Source: Nitrospirales bacterium
Lineage (GTDB): Bacteria > Nitrospirota > Nitrospiria > Nitrospirales > UBA8639
Direction: 5' to 3'
NCBI GenBank assembly: GCA_963422365.1
Contig: OY729426.1
Coordinates: forward strand, 2,431,696 to 2,495,695
Length of the DNA stretch: 64,000 bases
A program made the translations under genes and the position numbers. A model generated the notes under the pieces. It saw nothing but the letters and a program-made list of their open reading frames with translations. It ran no database searches and was not told the DNA's origin. This document shows, one piece after another, positions 58,342 through 64,000 of this stretch (positions within the stretch are counted from its first letter, which is position 1; each line of letters starts with the position of its first letter).

Positions 58342-58951
58342 CGATTGTTCTTCATAGTCTTACCGGAAGAATAGAGGCCCCTGATACAATCAATTTCATG
58401 GCTTCTTCCACGCTCATGTCCACGGAGACCACTTCCCCTTCCGGGACCAACAAAAAGTACCCGGAAGTGGGATTGGGCGAGGTCGGGACATAAACATGGA
58501 CCAAGGGTTCCGGCGCTAAGGTTTGAACCTCTTCTCTGGTCTCCCGGTCACAAAGGCCAAGCAGTAGTTCCCGTCTTTCGGGAATTGAATCATCACCACT
58601 TTGTTGTATTTTTCCCGTTGTTTAAACGACAGGATATCCATCATCGATTTCAGGGTCGCATAAATCCACGGACAAGAGGCACTCGTTCCAAAAATTCTTC
58701 CCATCGTTGAACCAAGCGACCTCCAATATAATTCGTCCCCATAAACCCTGCGAATACAATCAGAAAGAGGAGCGTCAAGATCCCTAACCCCGGCACATAG
58801 TAGTCTTCGGTCACGACTTCGGCCAGCATATTCCTAAAATACTGTCCACGGTGACAAAAAGGGTTTTGAGGATGAGGACCGTTCCCCAAATAGGAGTGAC
58901 CACTAACAGGCCCGTGAGAAAATATCGTTTCAATGCCGTGCTTGATATCAT
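58338..58951 (-). CDS. DUF502 membrane protein, frameshifted
   Basis: KRYFLTGLLVVTPI, VPGLGIL and HVYVPTSPNPTSGY motifs; the repaired stop would overlap the glmU ATG. Confidence 0.8.
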
Positions 58952-59069
58952 AGTGCGTAAAAGTTCAGACGGCGAACAGACCCAACTGACGAGCGTTTCA
59001 ACGGATTCAGGCTGAATGTTACAAACATGGGGGCTTTACTTCAACTCCTTTTCTTGCGAATATCAATAG

Positions 59070-59811
<742 letters not shown>

Positions 59812-59828
59812 CACGTTCGACTGCCCCT

Positions 59829-60840
59829 ATGCCATTTGCAGACGTCATCGGTCAGGAAGGACCGAAAAGGAAAATTCGGACGGCGCTGGCTCAGCAGACC
59901 ATCGGCCACGCCTACCTCTTTTCAGGAGATGAAGGAATCGGCAAACGCCTCATGGCCTTGAGGTTTGCCCAAGCCCTCTCCTGCGAAACGCCTTCGTCAT
60001 CGTCTCAACCGGATTCCTGCGGTCAGTGTCGAGCCTGTCAGCAAATTGCCGCTGCCACCTATCCCGATGTATTGGGCATCCAACCCGAGCAGGAGAAAGC
60101 CAACCCACAAATCAAAATCGAACAGGTCCGCGAGATCGAACGCCACATGATGTACCGGCCGCTGTTGAGCGCACGTAAAATCTGCGTCATTGACGATGCC
60201 GATCGGCTCACCGCCAATGCCGCCAATGCGTTTTTGAAAACGCTCGAAGATCCTCCTGAACACAGCCTCTTTATTTTGGTGACCAGTCAGCCCTTACGGC
60301 TGTTGGCCACCGTGCGGTCTCGCTGTTTGACGCTACGGTTTTGCCCGCGACTGCTGAGCAATTCGAAGGGCTCTTGCCCTGAAACAGGCCCTGGCGACTG
60401 AGGACTCCCGATTTCTTTCTCAGCTTTGTGGAAACCGTATTGGTGTGGCCCTGCGCACGGACCTTCCCAACTTCGTCGGCAGCACGACCAGTTTTTTCAA
60501 TTATGCCGAGACCAGACCCTCGCCCCTCTCACGGCCATTCTCCAACAGGCGAAGAACTCTCGAAAACCCAACAATTCTCAGACGTGATCGACTGGCTCTC
60601 CCATGGACTTCGTGACGTCCTGCTGATGACCTGGGGGCTGAGAAAGACCTCCTCTTACACCAGTCTCAACTCTCTTTGCTTCAACAAGTTGCCGAATCGC
60701 TGACCCCAACGGGGGTTGTCGATCTCCTGGACTTCTTGCAAACCCTGGAGCAGGCGCCCACACAAAATTTGAATCTCCAACTCTGCCTGGAAAATTTCCT
60801 GTTTCGCTTTCATCACGTGATCCACCGTGACGCCACCTGA
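59829..60840 (+). CDS. holB: DNA polymerase III delta' subunit, frameshifted
   Basis: HAYLFSG..GIGK, CGQCRAC, AANAFLKTLEDPP and TVRSRC; follows tmk. Confidence 0.9.
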
Positions 60841-60857
60841 ACAAAATGATAAGTCTG

Positions 60858-60879
60858 AGAGCCGTGGGAACACGGCTCT
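60858..60879. terminator. Perfect 9-bp hairpin after holB (possible terminator or stabiliser)
   Basis: AGAGCCGTG-GGAA-CACGGCTCT; no clear U-tract. Confidence 0.35.
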
Positions 60880-61228
60880 GGGATAGAAACGTGCCGTATC
60901 GCACCGCTTCTCGTCATTCCCGCATGGGTTCACTCATTCGTTGACAGAATACGAGGCTGGCTCCCTTCTCTTTCTACTTGTAACGGCGCCATCTATCTCA
61001 TGGCGCTCTTTCCGGGTAGGTTTATGACGCCTGTTCTGTTTGATTGTAACGACGAGACTCCTGTGCAGGGGCAAAGACCTTGCCTTATCACGCCTTTCTC
61101 TTTATTGTCGCCCTTTTCCGGTTCACATGAAGAAAGCGCCATAGGATGGCGCGACGACAAAGAAAAATGACCGGTTTTATTTGAGTGTAGCGGTGCGATC
61201 TCCTCGCGGCTCAGAACATTGAATCAAC

Positions 61229-63167
61229 ATGCTTACCCCTTTCTATATCACCACCCCCATTTATTACGTGAACGATGTTCCACACGTCGCCATGCGTATA
61301 CCACTATAGCGGCAGATGTTCTTGCACGATGGCATCGCCTGCTTGGGCAAGAGGTCTTTTTCTGACCGGCCTCGATGAACACGGCCAAAAAGTCCAGCAG
61401 GCCGCGGCAAAGCCGGGATTGCTCCGCAAGATCATTGCAATCGATTAACGACACAATTCGAAACCTTTGGCAGAGACTCACGGTTTCCAACGATGGATTC
61501 ATTCGCACGACCGACACCGCGCATCAAGTCATTGTCCAACGATTTTTGCAAAAATTGTATGACACGCAACTGATTTATCGTGCGGAATATACCGGCTGGT
61601 ATTGCACATTCGATGAACGGTTTTGGACGGAGAAGGATGTCGAGAATGGGGTCTGCCCGGACTGTCAACGGCCGGTTGAGCAACTCAGCGAAAGCAATTA
61701 CTTCTTTCGCATGAGCCAATTTCAACAACGACTGCTGGATCATCTTGATGCCAATCCGACCTTCATTCGTCCGGAGTCCCGTCGCAACGAAGTGCTAGGG
61801 TTTTTACAAAAACCACTGGAAGATCTTTCGATTTCCCGTCCCAAATCCCGCTTGTCGTGGGGCATTGACCTGCCCTTTGATCGTGACTATGTGACCTATG
61901 TGTGGTTCGACGCGCTGGTGAATTACATCTCGGGGCTGGAATACCTGCCTCCCCAGCCATCGGTTGATCGTATTTGGCCGGCAACCGTTCATCTGGTCGG
62001 CAAAGATATTCTGACGACCCATGCGGTGTATTGGTCGACCATGCTGATGGCGTTGGAGATTCCTTTACCTCACACCATTTTTGCGCATGGGTGGTGGACG
62101 GTGGATGGAGAAAAAATGTCCAAAAGTCGGGCCAACGTGCTTGACCCGTATGCCATGATCGACCAATTTGGCACGGATGCATTTCGCTACTTTCTTCTCC
62201 GCGAAGTTCCCTTTGGCCAGGATGGGGATTTTACCGTGAATCATTCATCGGACGTATCAATAGCGACCTGGCCAATGGCCTAGGCAATTTACTCAGCCGG
62301 ACAGTCACACTTATTCAGCGATTTTCAGACGGAAAAGTTCCTGAGCCCGTTGCGATAGCGTCAACTGAGCTAGACACAGAACTTCAATCCACGGCGAAAG
62401 CGTTGCTTCACGATCACCTTCCCAAGCACTTGAGTTCAGATCGAATAGAATTCAATCGTGCGCTCGAAGCTATTTGGGGATTCGTTCAACTCGGCAATCA
62501 ATACATCGACAAAACCGCCCCCTTGGTTTCTGGCCAAAAACCCCGCACACTCGGAACGACTCCATACTGTGCTCTTTCATGCTGCAGAAACCCTCGATTT
62601 CTCTGCCTGGCCACGTACCCCTTTATGCCGAATACGGCACACGAAATGGTTCGACAACTGGGGTTGCCCTATGATTTTTCCCAAGCGCTCCTTCAAAACC
62701 CAATCGCCTGGGCCGACGAGGGATCAGGAACCACCGTGGTCAAAGGCAAAGCCTTATTCCCGAGGATCGACGCGTCCGTCGCGCAATCCGCTGCAAAGCC
62801 TCACCCTGAGGCATCCGATTCTTCCTCGAAAGATGAAGGCAACCTGATCAGCATACAAGACTTTCAAAAAGTTGAGTTGAAAGTCGCACAAATCCTCACG
62901 GCCGAACGCATACCCAAATCAAGCAAACTCCTGAAACTCCAAGTCGACCTTGGCACCGAACAAAGACAGATCGTCGCGGGAATCGGGAAAAAATACAGCC
63001 CGGAGGACATTACTGGAAAGACCATTGTGGTCGTGGCGAATTTACAGCCGGCGAAACTGATGGGCGTGGAATCTCAAGGAATGGTCTTAGCAGCGGGGGA
63101 TCGAGACGTTCAAGGGTTAGTCACGTTGGAGGATAGTGACATTCCTTCAGGCACGACGGTTCAATAA
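61229..63167 (+). CDS. metG: Methionyl-tRNA synthetase with C-terminal tRNA-binding domain, frameshifted
   Basis: FYITTPIYYVN, YVWFDAL, GKDIL, KMSKS and NLQPAKLMGVESQGM motifs. Confidence 0.95.
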
Positions 63168-63207
63168 TCATCAAACCGTCGACGCTCCAAGAGGAAACAA
63201 TTCTATC

Positions 63208-63340
63208 ATGAAGAGCTCGAAAGGATTTCCTGTTTGGTTGACCAGCTTGCCAAGCACAGGGAAAAGCACGCTCGCCAAACTTCCAGAGACCAATCTCAGC
63301 GCAACTACAGGAGTCCCTGCAGGTATTGTCTTGGACTCCT
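63208..63340 (+). pseudogene. Short remnant resembling an adenylyl-sulfate kinase N-terminus
   Basis: MKSSKGFPVWLTSLPSTGKSTLA P-loop, then similarity is lost. Confidence 0.4.
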
Positions 63341-63344
63341 GTCC

Positions 63345-64000
63345 CTACAGGCCGCGGGCTACGAGGTCGTGGAGGTGAACTATCCCGACGACTTCTTTTT
63401 GACGATTCAAGACCGGCAACACTGAAATCGGTTTCGCTCGTTTTTTCCATTTTTTCCAAGGCCGAGTACGCATTTTCATCCTCAAGCACACACTCCGGAG
63501 TCGCATTCATGATTTCCTGAATCGTCAACCCGAACAAGTCTTTTTGTGTCTCCAACACTCGACGAATATCATAATCCGTCACCAAGCCCAGCAACCGTTG
63601 TTCATCATCAATGATAGAGACGGCTCCTGCCCGTTGTCGTGTCATCTCCATCAACATGAACCGCACGTCTCTTGCTCCATGCACGACCGGATTGGCCTCA
63701 CCGGATCGCATGAGATCACCAACCGTCAGCAGCAACCGCTTCCCCAGTTGTCCTCCAGGATGATTGATGGCAAAATCATCGGGTTGAAAATTGCGTAATT
63801 TCATGAGCGCCATGGCCAAGGCGTCGCCAACGACTAACGCCGCCGTCGTGCTGCACGTCGGTGCCATATTGAGCGGACACGCTTCTTCCTCTATCGGCGT
63901 ATGCAGGATCAAATCGGAATGCCGGGCCATAGTCGAATTCGGTTGGGCGGTCATCGAAATGACCTTGGCGCCGACTTTTCTGGCGACGGGGAGAATCCCG
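63345..64000 (-). CDS. kdsD: KpsF/GutQ-family arabinose-5-phosphate isomerase (3' part; frameshift near the end)
   Basis: EEACPLNMAPTCSTT..GDALA, HPGGQLG, CBS domains, and C-terminal VGIVHLHDLVARGL* in another frame. Confidence 0.88.

Overview
Bacterial chromosomal window; gene content and sequences look Nitrospirota-like, by recognition only. Left arm (1-15 kb): gltB/gltD, a polyprenyl diphosphate synthase, a six-gene putative phosphonolipid-type operon with no pepM in the window, queF, a DegT-family aminotransferase, a Nudix hydrolase and yqaA. Centre (14.9-53.4 kb): a direct tandem duplication of a two-partner secretion operon (tpsB - giant tpsA - 232-aa exported protein, minus strand). 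TpsA-1 is 4659 aa. TpsA-2 would be about 6222 aa but is split by a 7-nt insertion. Both are built from ~101-aa repeats with an acidic Dx[DN]xDG-like loop. The most striking signal is an apparent layered slipped-strand phase-variation design. Both tpsB genes carry a poly-C tract (C38 and C20) just after the signal peptide, which as assembled puts a TAA in frame (OFF). Copy 1 also has a C11 tract inside a TTGACA-N22-TAAACT promoter spacer. The copies show patchwork homogenisation consistent with gene conversion. Right arm (53.6-64 kb): housekeeping genes (2H phosphoesterase, glmS, glmU, DUF502, tmk, holB, metG, kdsD), most broken by small indels that are probably assembly errors. Exact homopolymer lengths therefore need read-level checking.
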